Shown: positions 19,788-29,905 of the stretch, piece by piece
Numbering within the stretch: the stretch's first letter is position 1
How the letters are laid out: each line of letters begins with the position of its first letter
Origin: Tildeniella nuda ZEHNDER 1965/U140
GTDB taxonomy: Bacteria > Cyanobacteriota > Cyanobacteriia > Leptolyngbyales > Leptolyngbyaceae
NCBI GenBank assembly: GCA_019358895.1
Contig: JAHHIG010000010.1
Coordinates: forward strand, 27,510-91,509
Length of the DNA: 64,000 nucleotides
Direction of reading: 5' to 3'
Program-made: the position numbers and the translations under genes
The notes under the pieces: generated by a model
The model's database searches: none
The model's input: only the letters and a program-made list of their open reading frames with translations
What the model was told of the DNA's origin: nothing

Positions 19788-21224
19788 TTACCCGACGCTG
19801 CCTTCAAGCTTGAGGCTGAGGAGGCGATCGGCTTCTACGGCAAACTCCATCGGCAACTGGTTGAACACATCTTTGCAAAAGCCGCTAATCATCATAGAGA
19901 TTGCGTCTTCGGAGGAGATGCCGCGCTGGGAGAAGTAAAACAACTGGTCTTCGCCAATTTTGGACGTGGACGCTTCGTGTTCTACCTTGCCTTTGTTGTT
20001 CTGCACCTGGATGTAGGGGAAGGTATTCGCCTGGGCATTATCGCCAATCAGCATAGAATCGCACTGCGAATAGTTCCGTGCGCCCGTTGCCTTCGGACCA
20101 ATTTTGACCAAGCCGCGATAGCTATTTTTCGACTGTCCCGCCGAAATGCCTTTGGAAATAATGGTGCTGCGGGTGTTCTTGCCAATGTGCACCATCTTCG
20201 TACCCGTATCCGCCTGCTGGTGATGGTTCGTCAGCGCGACGGAGTAGAATTCGCCCACCGAGTTATCGCCGACCAGCACACAACTGGGGTACTTCCATGT
20301 GATGGCAGAACCCGTTTCTACCTGTGTCCAGGAGATCTTAGAGTTTACGCCCTGACATAACCCACGCTTGGTCACGAAGTTATAGATGCCGCCTTTGCCG
20401 TTGGCATCGCCTGCATACCAATTCTGCACGGTGGAGTATTTGATGTCGGCATTGTCTAATGCGACCAGTTCCACCACAGCGGCGTGAAGCTGATTGGTGT
20501 CGAACATTGGCGCGGTACAGCCTTCCAGGTAGCTCACGGAACTGCCTTCTTCGGCAACAATCAGCGTCCGTTCAAATTGACCCGAATCGCCGTTGTTGAT
20601 GCGGAAGTAGGTAGAAAGCTCCATCGGGCATTTAGTGCCTCTAGGAATGTAGACGAAGGAACCATCGCTGAAGACCGCGGAATTGAGTGCCGCAAAGAAA
20701 TTATCGCCAGCAGGAACGACGCTGCCAAGATACTTCTGGATCAGTTCAGGATGCTCTTGTACGGCTTCGGCAAACGAGCAGAAGATGACACCGTCTTCGG
20801 CTAATTTTTCTTTGAAGGTGGTGGCGATCGAAACGCTGTCAAAAATGGCATCCACTGCCACATTCGTGAGGCGCTTTTGTTCAGAGAGCGAAATACCCAA
20901 CTTCTCGAAGGTGTCCAGTAGTTCAGGATCGACTTCTTCGAGGCTCTTCTTCTTCTCCTTGAGCTTGGGTGCAGAGTAGTAGACGATGTTTTGGTAGTCG
21001 ATCGCCGGGTAGCTTGCATTCTGCCAGTTTGGCTCCGTCATTTTCAACCATTGACGGTATGCCTTCAGCCGAAACTCCAGCATGAACGGCGGCTCTTCTT
21101 TCTTTGCCGAAATCAGCCGCACGACATCTTCGCTCAGCCCACGCGGAATCGCATCGGACTCAATGTCAGTCACGAAGCCGTACTTGTAGGGCTGGTTAAC
21201 TAAGTTTTGAACAGTTGGACTCAT
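19788..21224 (-). CDS. sufB: SufB Fe-S assembly protein
   Basis: [48 protein letters not shown]. Confidence 0.97.
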   Translation of the reverse strand: MSPTVQNLVNQPYKYGFVTDIESDAIPRGLSEDVVRLISAKKEEPPFMLEFRLKAYRQWLKMTEPNWQNASYPAIDYQNIVYYSAPKLKEKKKSLEEVDPELLDTFEKLGISLSEQKRLTNVAVDAIFDSVSIATTFKEKLAEDGVIFCSFAEAVQEHPELIQKYLGSVVPAGDNFFAALNSAVFSDGSFVYIPRGTKCPMELSTYFRINNGDSGQFERTLIVAEEGSSVSYLEGCTAPMFDTNQLHAAVVELVALDNADIKYSTVQNWYAGDANGKGGIYNFVTKRGLCQGVNSKISWTQVETGSAITWKYPSCVLVGDNSVGEFYSVALTNHHQQADTGTKMVHIGKNTRSTIISKGISAGQSKNSYRGLVKIGPKATGARNYSQCDSMLIGDNAQANTFPYIQVQNNKGKVEHEASTSKIGEDQLFYFSQRGISSEDAISMMISGFCKDVFNQLPMEFAVEADRLLSLKLEGSVG

Positions 21225-21282
21225 GAGCAGTGTTCTCTAGTCTACGTAGGGGATCGAGTAGTAAAAGCAATGGGCAGAACGA

Positions 21283-21675
21283 TCAGGCATGTTGCTGATT
21301 CGTTACCGTTCTAATTTCGTCGAAGGTAATGTCTTGCTGATCGCCTGCAAAGTCATGGTCAGGCGTGAGAAATAGCAGGCAATGGCACTCTTTGCGTTCA
21401 CGCATGGGCACACAGGGACAGTTCCAGTAAGCCGCTTCAACCTCAGCCGCCTTATCTTCGTAATGACGACAGGGACAAAGGGGCGAACCTAAATCATCCT
21501 TGTGCTTTGCCAAGCCTTCAATCACTACGGCTGTCACCCCAGGATCGACACAAAAGTAGGTGCCAGTCCGCTTTGCGTAGGTGATGGAAAAGTGCCTCAT
21601 CGCTTCGAGGCTTTTGTCGGTAGATTGGGCAGCTTTTGGGGGTTGAGTCTCTGAGTTCATGAGGCAGCGCGACAA
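21283..21675 (-). CDS. ftrC: Ferredoxin-thioredoxin reductase catalytic subunit
   Basis: CPCRHY, CPCVPM and CHC cysteine motifs. Confidence 0.95.
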   Translation of the reverse strand: MSRCLMNSETQPPKAAQSTDKSLEAMRHFSITYAKRTGTYFCVDPGVTAVVIEGLAKHKDDLGSPLCPCRHYEDKAAEVEAAYWNCPCVPMRERKECHCLLFLTPDHDFAGDQQDITFDEIRTVTNQQHA

Positions 21676-21702
21676 GACGACAGATCGATTCTATAATTAA
21701 AA

Positions 21703-21756
21703 CAACATAGATGTTGCTTAACTACATTGTAAAGTACTTTAGCAACAACGTTGTTG
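21703..21756. promoter_or_regulatory. Two SufR operators, CAAC-N6-GTTG
   Basis: CAACATAGATGTTG (21703-21716) and CAACAACGTTGTTG (21743-21756), 26 bp apart, between the divergent sufR and ftrC-sufB; matches the described cyanobacterial SufR site layout. Confidence 0.9.
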
Positions 21757-21903
21757 CTAAAGTCGAGATTGTCTTAAATTTAGTACGCTTTAATAGAATG
21801 CGATCGCGCATTTAGGTTGATGCAGAGTTGCTATTTCTGAAACGATCGCTACCCTGTGCAAACCTAGGTGAATCTAGCTGTCAGCTTTACCGCTGGGAAA
21901 AGA

Positions 21904-22557
21904 ATGACAACTGTCCAACAACCCTCTACAAAGCAGGATATCCTGCACCACTTGCTCAAGCAAGGACAGTCAACAGCGCAAGAGTTGGCTGAACGGTTAC
22001 ACATCAGTTCACAGGGCATTCGACGACACTTGAAAGATTTGGAAGCTGATGGATTGATTGTCCATCAAGTATTACAGACGGGGATGGGTCGCCCTAACTA
22101 CAGCTATGCACTCAGTCAAGCTGGGCGCGATCGCTTTCCCGATCGCTACGATGACTTTGCCGTTTCGCTATTAGATACGCTGGCAGCAACGGTAGGTGCC
22201 GATCAAATGGGTTCGATCTTGCGGAAACAGTGGGAACGCAAGGCAATGGAGTACCGCGATCGCATTGGCAATGGTTCACTCAAAAATCGTGTGCATCAAC
22301 TTGTAGAATTGCGTCGTGCTGAGGGCTACATGGCTGAGTGCCATGCGATCGACGCAAACGGAGTCGTCACTAGCGAAGGCACCCGTTTTATTTTGACGGA
22401 ATATAACTGCGCCATTTCCCATATTGCCGAATCGTTTCCTAGCGTTTGCGGGCATGAGCTGGAAATGTTTGCAGTAGCGCTGGGTTGCACCGTTGAACGC
22501 ACCCATTGGCTCGTGAATGGTGAACACCGCTGCGGCTATTTGATCCAGCCCAAGTAG
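21904..22557 (+). CDS. sufR: SufR, Fe-S-binding repressor
   Basis: N-terminal HTH with GMGRP; EYNCAI, SVCGHEL, GEHRCGY. Confidence 0.95.
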   Translation: MTTVQQPSTKQDILHHLLKQGQSTAQELAERLHISSQGIRRHLKDLEADGLIVHQVLQTGMGRPNYSYALSQAGRDRFPDRYDDFAVSLLDTLAATVGADQMGSILRKQWERKAMEYRDRIGNGSLKNRVHQLVELRRAEGYMAECHAIDANGVVTSEGTRFILTEYNCAISHIAESFPSVCGHELEMFAVALGCTVERTHWLVNGEHRCGYLIQPK

Positions 22558-22639
22558 CGCTCGGCGATCAAACGCCTGCTGTTACTGTGTCTTCTGCTCA
22601 TCTACGCTAATCGCTGACTGCTGATCGCTGAGAGCTTCT

Positions 22640-23029
22640 ATGCAACCATCTACGGAATTTTTAACGCCTGACGAATGTGCTGAAGTTGACAAGGCGCTGT
22701 TAACTTCGCGGGAGAAATTTTCGGCGCGAGTGGCGATTTATGCCCTGCGATCGCTCAAGCAAATCGCCCAAGAAACTGGGATCACGATTACGCAACTAGA
22801 ACCGTACCAGATTGAGGACTGGGTCTATCAAGACGAAAGTTTGCAGACGGGCACCGATCGCGAGTTTCGACAGTTTTTTGCACAATTAGTGCTTGCCTCA
22901 TTCAAACCCTTGAAACAGTCCGCTCAAATAGCTGGGGTATCGATCGAGGCACTCACCGTTGCTCAAGTCATTGTCTGGTTTGAGCAGCAAGCGAAGTTAA
23001 CCTTGGGCAAAACGAATCCAGACCGCTAG
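22640..23029 (+). CDS. Conserved hypothetical protein
   Basis: 129-aa ORF, EFLTPDECAEVDKALLTSREKFSARVAIY; host-like composition. Confidence 0.75.
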   Translation: MQPSTEFLTPDECAEVDKALLTSREKFSARVAIYALRSLKQIAQETGITITQLEPYQIEDWVYQDESLQTGTDREFRQFFAQLVLASFKPLKQSAQIAGVSIEALTVAQVIVWFEQQAKLTLGKTNPDR

Positions 23030-23050
23030 AGTGATGTCTCAGATTCAGAT

Positions 23051-23191
23051 TATAGTGGCTCCCAACCAGGTGAAGTATAGTGGCGAAGAGGCAAAAGGTA
23101 GAGGGCAGAAACAAAGAGGAGCACTGGTTTCCTTCTGCCGTCTGCATTAAAACCTGAGAACGTGTATCGCACTCAAACGAGAACCGCTACA
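23051..23191. mobile_element. MITE-like element, family C (TA(T/C)AGYGG ends, internal heptamer-like core)
   Basis: Reverse complement aligns by eye with 44207-44353; ends tatagtggctccc...gagaaccgctaca. Confidence 0.65.
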
Positions 23192-23250
23192 AGCTTTTTG
23201 GTTCATAGCAAAGCCACAGAATGCTGCCCTAGCAAGAAACTGACTGAATG

Positions 23251-23380
23251 CTAGGGGCTGTCATCAATTACAACTACACATGACTTGCAACAAAGGTTCC
23301 AGCCCCTAGCCTCATGTGTTGGGGCGGGCGCGATCATGCTGATACCAATGTTTTGGAGCTGAATTAATGACGCGCCCTAG
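23251..23380. mobile_element. MITE-like element, family B, flanked by CTAG
   Basis: ctaggggctgtcatcaatt...aattaatgacgcgccctag imperfect TIR; homologous copy at 38536-38667. Confidence 0.75.
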
Positions 23381-23772
23381 GGCGATCGCTTGACTTCAAT
23401 AGGTGTTGAAGTCGGTTGGGGCAAAGTCTTGTGCTTTATGGGCACGTTCTGTATAAGAAATACCGCCGTGCCCACAAAAATCGCGCTACCCAAAGCCATC
23501 CACATCATTGACGGAACGACTGACTTAAAATCGCGCTGGATACGTGCAAGAGGGCGGCTTTCACGACGCAGCATCTGACCTGTAGCGATGCGATTAAGAG
23601 TGAAAGGATCACGCACATAGTGACCGCTCCAGCTAACAACTAGTCGCTCACGGCAATTTTGGCAGGTAAGCAACCCTTTAAGGAGTTTGTGAGGCTTGAT
23701 GACACCAGCGCGATGACAAATTGGACACACAGGAGGAGCGTTATCAAATGTATGAGCATTCATCTCAGTCAT
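23377..23772 (-). CDS. Hypothetical protein with CxxC..CxxC zinc-ribbon-like motif and C-terminal TM helix
   Basis: CPIC...CQNC; hydrophobic tail. Confidence 0.7.
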   Translation of the reverse strand: MTEMNAHTFDNAPPVCPICHRAGVIKPHKLLKGLLTCQNCRERLVVSWSGHYVRDPFTLNRIATGQMLRRESRPLARIQRDFKSVVPSMMWMALGSAIFVGTAVFLIQNVPIKHKTLPQPTSTPIEVKRSP

Positions 23773-24205
23773 TTACTGTTGTGGAAGCTTACTTAACTAA
23801 TCTGACTAGTTAACTTGGCGGTCGAGACCTTGAAAAATCTGCGCATCACAGTTCATCAATTCAACTTTTGACTAACCAGAAACATCCTCCATGTACACTG
23901 TACGCGTTTTTTGAGAGTGTATATGTGATCAAAATAAGCCTATCGCAGGTATTTGAGAGATCAGTCCTAGCGTTATTGCGGCTCTATTGTCGTTACCTGT
24001 AGATCCGCAATGACGATCGCGCTTAGCGCCACTTGGATGCAGCGATTGCCTCGCCTAGTGTAACCTGCGTTAAGCCGGGTTGAGAACCCTTCCAGCGATC
24101 CTGTTTGATTTTTTAACCTTGAAAGGCTTGGCGTGAAAAATGAGTGAAAATAAGAACATCAGTCATAAAAGTCAAATCGTATTCTATAGCTAGTCCTGCT
24201 ATCTG

Positions 24206-26131
24206 ATGATCGCCAGCCCTCCCCCTGATGCTCCGACTTCCCCAACAACAAGCTTTCAGCCATCTTCTCTATTGCTAACCAGTACACTTAACCGCCTTCA
24301 GCCTGCACCTGAAACGCTTGTACTGCTGCTAGCGCTGGTCATTGGTAGCAGTACAGGGTGCGCTGTTGTCCTTTTTCATTATCTCATTCAGCATCTTCGT
24401 AGCTTCATGCTAGAAGAGGTCATGGGGGTCATTGCGCCTCTGGGCTTCTGGACTTTTGCCTGTATTCCTGTCTTGGGCGGACTGGTCGTGGGGATCATGC
24501 GCTGGCTGCTCCAGGATTTTGGTCCCAGTCTCTCAGCGCTGATTGCAGCCGCGCAAGGTCTCGGTAGCATTTCACCATTGCGGGCGAGTGCGAAAGCGGT
24601 TGCCGCCTCAGTGTCGCTGGGCACAGGTGCCTCGCTGGGTCCTGAAGGTCCAAGCGTTGAGATCGGTGCCAATATTGGGGTCCTGATTGGACAGGCGCTG
24701 CAAATGTCGAAGGAACGCCAGCGGCTGTTGCTAGGAGCCGGGGCAGCGGCTGGGTTGGCGGCTGGCTTTAATGCACCGATCGCGGGTGTCTTTTTTGCCT
24801 TAGAAGTAGTTTTGGGTGCCACGTTCGCAACGTCTGCTGTCAGTGTAGTGCTGCTGTCGGCTGTGGTTGCTGCATTGATCGCTCAAATTGGGTTGGGTGG
24901 ACAACCCCCCTTTACGCTGCCTAGCTATGAAGTTCGCAGCCCGCTGGAACTGCCGCTATATCTTGGACTGGGACTCTTTGCTAGTTTGGTGTCGATCGCG
25001 TACACGCAGTCGATTCAGATGGCACAACAGTTTTTTGACGGGAAAGCTCCCAGGCTGGGCTGGATGGGTCGGGTGCCAGTAGCCCTGCGTCCCGTGATCG
25101 GTGGTTTGTGCGTTGGCATTGTCGCGCTGCAATTTCCCCAAGTGTTAGGCATTGGCTACGAGACGGTGGAAGCGATGCTACGGGATGTGCAATTTTCGCT
25201 GCCGCTGTTGCTCAGTCTCCTGGTGGCGAAGCTGACGATGACAGCGGTGAGTTTAGGTAGCGGGCTGGTAGGCGGCTTGTTTGCGCCAGCTATGTTCCTT
25301 GGTGCCTCTCTCGGTGCAGCTTATGGCAAAGTAATGGCGATCGTGCTGCCGATCGCGCCCGGTGGTATTGCGGCTCCGCCTGCTTATGCGATGGTGGGTA
25401 TGGCAGCAGTGCTGGCAGCGAGTGCCCGGGCACCCTTAACAGCCATTTTACTGCTGTTTGAGTTGACCCGTGACTACCGCATTATTTTGCCACTGATGGC
25501 GGCTGTGGGCTTGAGCGTCTGGCTGGCTGACCGTCTCCAGCCGATCGCGCCCAGCGGGGCAGCGGCTCAATCAACGGGGCTACCGCTACAACCTGATCAG
25601 GATTCAGAAGTATTGCACCAGCTTTCTGTGTTGCAGGCGATGCATCAAAACGTTCTGGCGTTACCTGGTTCGCTATCGGTTTTGCAAGCAGGCTTGGCGA
25701 TGACCCAAAACCAGTCTCGTAGCGCCCTAGTTGTCAATGCCGCTGAGCAATTGGTTGGCATTGTGACGTTACAGGACATCCATCGCTTTATTTCTCGTTG
25801 GGAAGCGCACCTTCATACGCACGTGCCAATTGATGCCCTTAGCCCTAGCCCAGTGCTGCAAACTCTGGACGCTATCTGCACGAAAGATTTGCTTTGTGCA
25901 TACGAAGACGAATCAATCCATAACGCTTTGATGCGTATGTCTATGCGAGGATTGCGGCAGCTACCCGTTGTCGATCGCAACGACCCGCACCATATTTTAG
26001 GTCTATTAGAGCGGGAAAAAATCACCCTGGTGTGCAGCTTGACACTGATGCAGCAATCACTTCGTCCTTACCTAGAAGCGCCGCTTGCAACGGAGCCGTT
26101 AAATTTACCTCAAGCGCAAGCGCCTGTCTAG
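24206..26131 (+). CDS. ClC-family chloride/proton transporter with CBS domains
   Basis: GPEGP, GLAAGFNAPIAG, GGLFAP; C-terminal CBS pair (LVGIVTLQDI, LPVVDR). Confidence 0.93.
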   Translation: MIASPPPDAPTSPTTSFQPSSLLLTSTLNRLQPAPETLVLLLALVIGSSTGCAVVLFHYLIQHLRSFMLEEVMGVIAPLGFWTFACIPVLGGLVVGIMRWLLQDFGPSLSALIAAAQGLGSISPLRASAKAVAASVSLGTGASLGPEGPSVEIGANIGVLIGQALQMSKERQRLLLGAGAAAGLAAGFNAPIAGVFFALEVVLGATFATSAVSVVLLSAVVAALIAQIGLGGQPPFTLPSYEVRSPLELPLYLGLGLFASLVSIAYTQSIQMAQQFFDGKAPRLGWMGRVPVALRPVIGGLCVGIVALQFPQVLGIGYETVEAMLRDVQFSLPLLLSLLVAKLTMTAVSLGSGLVGGLFAPAMFLGASLGAAYGKVMAIVLPIAPGGIAAPPAYAMVGMAAVLAASARAPLTAILLLFELTRDYRIILPLMAAVGLSVWLADRLQPIAPSGAAAQSTGLPLQPDQDSEVLHQLSVLQAMHQNVLALPGSLSVLQAGLAMTQNQSRSALVVNAAEQLVGIVTLQDIHRFISRWEAHLHTHVPIDALSPSPVLQTLDAICTKDLLCAYEDESIHNALMRMSMRGLRQLPVVDRNDPHHILGLLEREKITLVCSLTLMQQSLRPYLEAPLATEPLNLPQAQAPV

Positions 26132-26245
26132 CGATTACTTATTACGAATGGTCCAAATATTGCTGAACATCATCAGTAAGCCGCCAACAAAGATGGCGAT
26201 CGCCAACCCAGCAGGCAAAACGGTCATCCAATCGATCGTTTCCAT

Positions 26246-26638
26246 TTATGCGTCTTCATCCAGTTGGTCAAGTTGCTTGAGATGAATATGCTTACGCCCT
26301 AAGGAGATTTCAAACTCATCACCGGGCTTTAGTTCCATCTGCTTTGTATAAGCAGAGCCAATCAGGAGGTTGCCATTAGACTGAACACTAATCCGATAGC
26401 TCGCACTACGACCACCACGACCGTTTGCGTTTTGCTTGCCGTCAAGCTCGATCCCTTCAGCGTCAATCAACGCATTCAGGAACTTCATCATGTTGACACG
26501 CTCTACACCGTTTTTTGTCACTGTGTAGTAGCCGCACTCCCGCGCTTTTTCTTCCTTGCTGTGATGCTCTAACTCTTTCACTTTTTTGAGCAGCGCTTCA
26601 CCTGTAAGAGGCTCAATTTTTTTCTTTTTACTCATCAA
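26246..26638 (-). CDS. Cyanobacterial AbrB-like regulator, cyAbrB1/CalA type
   Basis: PLTGEALLKKVKEL; SYRISVQSNGNLLIGSAYTKQM...PGDEFEISLGRKHIHL. Confidence 0.92.
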   Translation of the reverse strand: MMSKKKKIEPLTGEALLKKVKELEHHSKEEKARECGYYTVTKNGVERVNMMKFLNALIDAEGIELDGKQNANGRGGRSASYRISVQSNGNLLIGSAYTKQMELKPGDEFEISLGRKHIHLKQLDQLDEDA

Positions 26639-26912
26639 CTTAGCTCGGAATTATATGGAGTGGATTTCAGATTCACTGACATTTGCCAGAAGGTAAACGC
26701 TTTAACTTCGCTCCTGCCTATCAGATCATAGTACACCGTCCCTATGGTTTTTCTACTGTTCCAACTGCTAATTTATTCAGCTATTTTCTGTAAGAGTGAA
26801 GGCGCACCGTTGCTGATGACTACCGACACTGATCCACTGACAGTAACTATCGAAAGCATACGAGTGCTGGCTGCAATCAAATAACCCCCTTCGGAATTAT
26901 CTCTACACGTTC

Positions 26913-27072
26913 GGGAGCATGTCACTTTCGCAAGTTGCTGCCTTTGCCCTCATCCCCAGCCCTTCTCCCCAAGGAGAAGGGAGCCAGCCTCAAAGTCCCT
27001 CTCCTTGGGGAGAGGGCTTAAAGCCTTGCGGCATACAAGAAAAGGGTGAGGGCGCAAAGGTGACATGCTCCC
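26913..27072. mobile_element. MITE-like element, family A, copy 2 (opposite orientation)
   Basis: Same TIRs as copy 1; 9-bp direct repeat TACACGTTC at 26904-26912 and 27073-27081. Confidence 0.88.
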
Positions 27073-27606
27073 TACACGTTCTCTAGTTTTGATCAACAGG
27101 CTTCTCACTTCACTCTGGCAACGAGAATGCATGTGCTATACGGTCAAGTCCGCTACTCAAGGCTAGATCCAGCGATCGTTTGACCGTTGGTAGAGGCGCT
27201 TCAGCGCTTGCGTGATAGACACGCCAAACTGGAGCTACCGTTGTGTTGTGGTGTACCCATTCTGCAAGCGCTGAAGTGGCTGCGATCGCACGTTACTGGA
27301 GATGAAATTGCAAAAAAGTGTGGCGATCGCGTCTCGTCACACTTCGGCAGGGCAATGATTGGATCAGAGCCTGATTGGAATGCCACCGCTGGCACTGCAA
27401 AAGCTTTATACAGGCGAAAAGACGGGCAAGCTGGAGAGATTTGAGCAAACTGGCAGGCGACTATGAAAGCGATCTAGAACGCTAATTGAAACACCTGCAG
27501 GCAATCCTACAACCATTGGTGAGCGAGGCAGCAGACACTCCAAGGCTGCTCGTTGGCATTCAAGCAGTAACCTCATTGTTCAAATCACTGCCCGATTAAG
27601 CCGCAC

Positions 27607-27716
27607 TCTAGCAGTTTCTACTTGAGTGGAACAATAGATATGAAAAGGCAGGAGGCAAAAACAAGCCAACTGTGGCTTTCCTTCTGCCTCCTGCCTTGTG
27701 CCTTGTGCCTTAAAAC
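27607..27716. repeat. Truncated family C-like element with heptamer core
   Basis: ctagcagtttctacttgagtgg...aggcaggaggcaaaaac...ttccttctgcctcctgcc...taaaac resembles 23051-23160. Confidence 0.45.
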
Positions 27717-27718
27717 GG

Positions 27719-28870
27719 CTACTTTTTGCCAACCGTTTCTTCGATCTGGTCAAAAACGGCACCGTCTTCAAAGAACTTCTTCTGAAAGTCGCTCCAACCG
27801 CCGTAGTCTTTGATGGTTCCTAACGTTTTTACGGGTGGGAATTTAGCGGCATTTTCCTTCGTTTTTGCAGTGTCGGCATCAAGCGGTCGATAGCCTTGCT
27901 TCACGAACTCTGCCTGTGCTTCTGGAGTGAACAGGTATTTCACGAACCCTTCAGCAGCTTCACGAGTGCCATGCTTATCGACGTTTTTGTCCACAACGGC
28001 AATGGGGATATCGATCGACACATTGATGTCAGGCACCACGTATTCCGCCTTCTCACCCTTACTTTGAGCCAGAATGATTTCGTTTTCGTAGTTCAGCAAT
28101 GCATCGCCTTGACCTTGCTTCACAAAAGAGTCCGTCGATTCACGCGCATCTTTTGCCAGCACGGCAACATTCTTGAACGCTTTAGTCACAAACTCCTTGG
28201 TTTTAGCCTCATCCTTAGTGGTTTTCAATCCGTAATCCCAAAGTGCAAGGAAGTTCCAGCGGGCACCGCCGGACGTTTTGGGGTTCGCGGTAATCCACTT
28301 TACGTCATCTCTGGTCAAATCTGTAAACGTCTTGATATTTTTAGGATTGCCTTCGCGGGTTACGATCGCCACCACCGATTTTGCCACAATCCCGTTGTTA
28401 GGCACTTTTGTCGTCCAGTCGGGACTCACAAAGCCTGCTTTGACCAGCTTTTCGGTATCCGCTCCGATTGCCAAATGTGCGATATCTGCTTCCAGACCAT
28501 CGATAATGGCGCGAGTTTGAGTCCCAGAACCACCATAGCTTTGCTTAAAAGTGACAGTTTGACCACCATGTTCTGCCTTCCATTTTTCGACAAACTTCGG
28601 AATAATGGCATCGTGGGCGGCTTTGGGGATGGCATAAGCAACGAGCGTCAGTTCAACATCCTTTTTTTGATCGGCAACGGGACTGGCGCTACCAGAGGTA
28701 CCAGGAGCTGAAGCGTTATTGCCAGACGAGCAGGCAGCGATCGCAACACTGAGCACAACGCCCACAACCATGAGAGAGATAAACTGCTTGAAGGAAGCAA
28801 ACTTGAATTTGTTGGTGAATTGGTGAATCAACGTACCCAGAGGATTGGGCTTAGGCTGCCGAACGGTCAT
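27719..28870 (-). CDS. sbpA: Sulfate ABC transporter substrate-binding protein
   Basis: QSYGGSGTQTRAIIDGLEAD, ANPKTSGGARWNFLA, GDALLNYENE; lipoprotein signal IAAC. Confidence 0.93.
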   Translation of the reverse strand: MTVRQPKPNPLGTLIHQFTNKFKFASFKQFISLMVVGVVLSVAIAACSSGNNASAPGTSGSASPVADQKKDVELTLVAYAIPKAAHDAIIPKFVEKWKAEHGGQTVTFKQSYGGSGTQTRAIIDGLEADIAHLAIGADTEKLVKAGFVSPDWTTKVPNNGIVAKSVVAIVTREGNPKNIKTFTDLTRDDVKWITANPKTSGGARWNFLALWDYGLKTTKDEAKTKEFVTKAFKNVAVLAKDARESTDSFVKQGQGDALLNYENEIILAQSKGEKAEYVVPDINVSIDIPIAVVDKNVDKHGTREAAEGFVKYLFTPEAQAEFVKQGYRPLDADTAKTKENAAKFPPVKTLGTIKDYGGWSDFQKKFFEDGAVFDQIEETVGKK

Positions 28871-28986
28871 GCCATGTCTCCTTAATATGCGGTTAGTCAG
28901 TCGGAATAGTGTAGCTTGTTCAACAACGACTAATCATACAAAGAAATGTCAGCAAACACAATATAAACCCACGTTAGCGCATCGGA

Positions 28987-29778
28987 TTACGGGAATTTAA
29001 CTGGTTCAGCGATAAAGACGATCGTGCGATGTACAAGATGGATCGCGCCTGCCTCCTCGATCCATCGCTCATGCAGTTGGGTAATGTCAGCAACGAGCTG
29101 CTCATAGATTGCACCTGTTTGGGGCAGGTAAGACGTACTTCTGACGCGCCCAATCAGCGTTTGCAGATTAACAGACTGGCAGTAACGAAACTGACGATGG
29201 CGAACGTTCTGGAATAGCAGACTGGATGCCAGTGACTGGGATGCCAGCGTCTGTACGTGGCGGGTCTCAGCTGGATGCTCATCAGAAGCAGTGCGAATGA
29301 GCTGAGTGTATTGAGCCGTAAACGGATCGTCCTGGTCACGATCGTTCCAAACCAACGCTAACCGACCAGAGGCTCGCAAAAGGCGGCGGAACTCTGTCAA
29401 ACTTCTGGCTGGCTCAAACCAGTGAAACGACTGAAAGCACGTCACGACATCGATCGATGCTGTTGCTAAGCCCGTCTCTTCTGCGGTGCCTACTTGAAAC
29501 GTCACGTGTGGATGTGGGAGAGCTGCTTGTTGCATAGCAGCATTGGGTTCGATCGCCCAGACACGAAGACCTCGATCAGCCAGCAACCGTGCCGAAATGC
29601 CCGTACCAGCTCCAATATCCGCAGCCGTTAAGTGTGATGGCTCACCTAACTCGGCAAGTATAGCCGTGATCGCTTCTGTGGGGTAGCTGGGTCTGTATTT
29701 GGCATAATCCTCAGCACGATCGCAAAAGCGGCTTAGGGGACTCATTTGGTGTAGCGGTATGCGATCGTCTGGATACAT
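28987..29778 (-). CDS. Class I SAM-dependent methyltransferase
   Basis: YAKYRPSYP, DIGAGTG, FQSFHWF. Confidence 0.92.
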   Translation of the reverse strand: MYPDDRIPLHQMSPLSRFCDRAEDYAKYRPSYPTEAITAILAELGEPSHLTAADIGAGTGISARLLADRGLRVWAIEPNAAMQQAALPHPHVTFQVGTAEETGLATASIDVVTCFQSFHWFEPARSLTEFRRLLRASGRLALVWNDRDQDDPFTAQYTQLIRTASDEHPAETRHVQTLASQSLASSLLFQNVRHRQFRYCQSVNLQTLIGRVRSTSYLPQTGAIYEQLVADITQLHERWIEEAGAIHLVHRTIVFIAEPVKFP

Positions 29779-29905
29779 GGCTATGTTGCCTCACAGTCTC
29801 TGGCTTCTAGCTTAAAGCGCAGCACACCATGTTTAGCTGTCAGGCGAGTAGTTAGCTGAATGAATCTGCGTCCAGAATGCTACCACTAGCACTTGACTCA
29901 GCCCC

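Noticed and set aside
27187-27444. 85-aa ORF between the MITE and sbpA
   Set aside because: May be a decayed gene fragment, but I recognise no family and the start is weak
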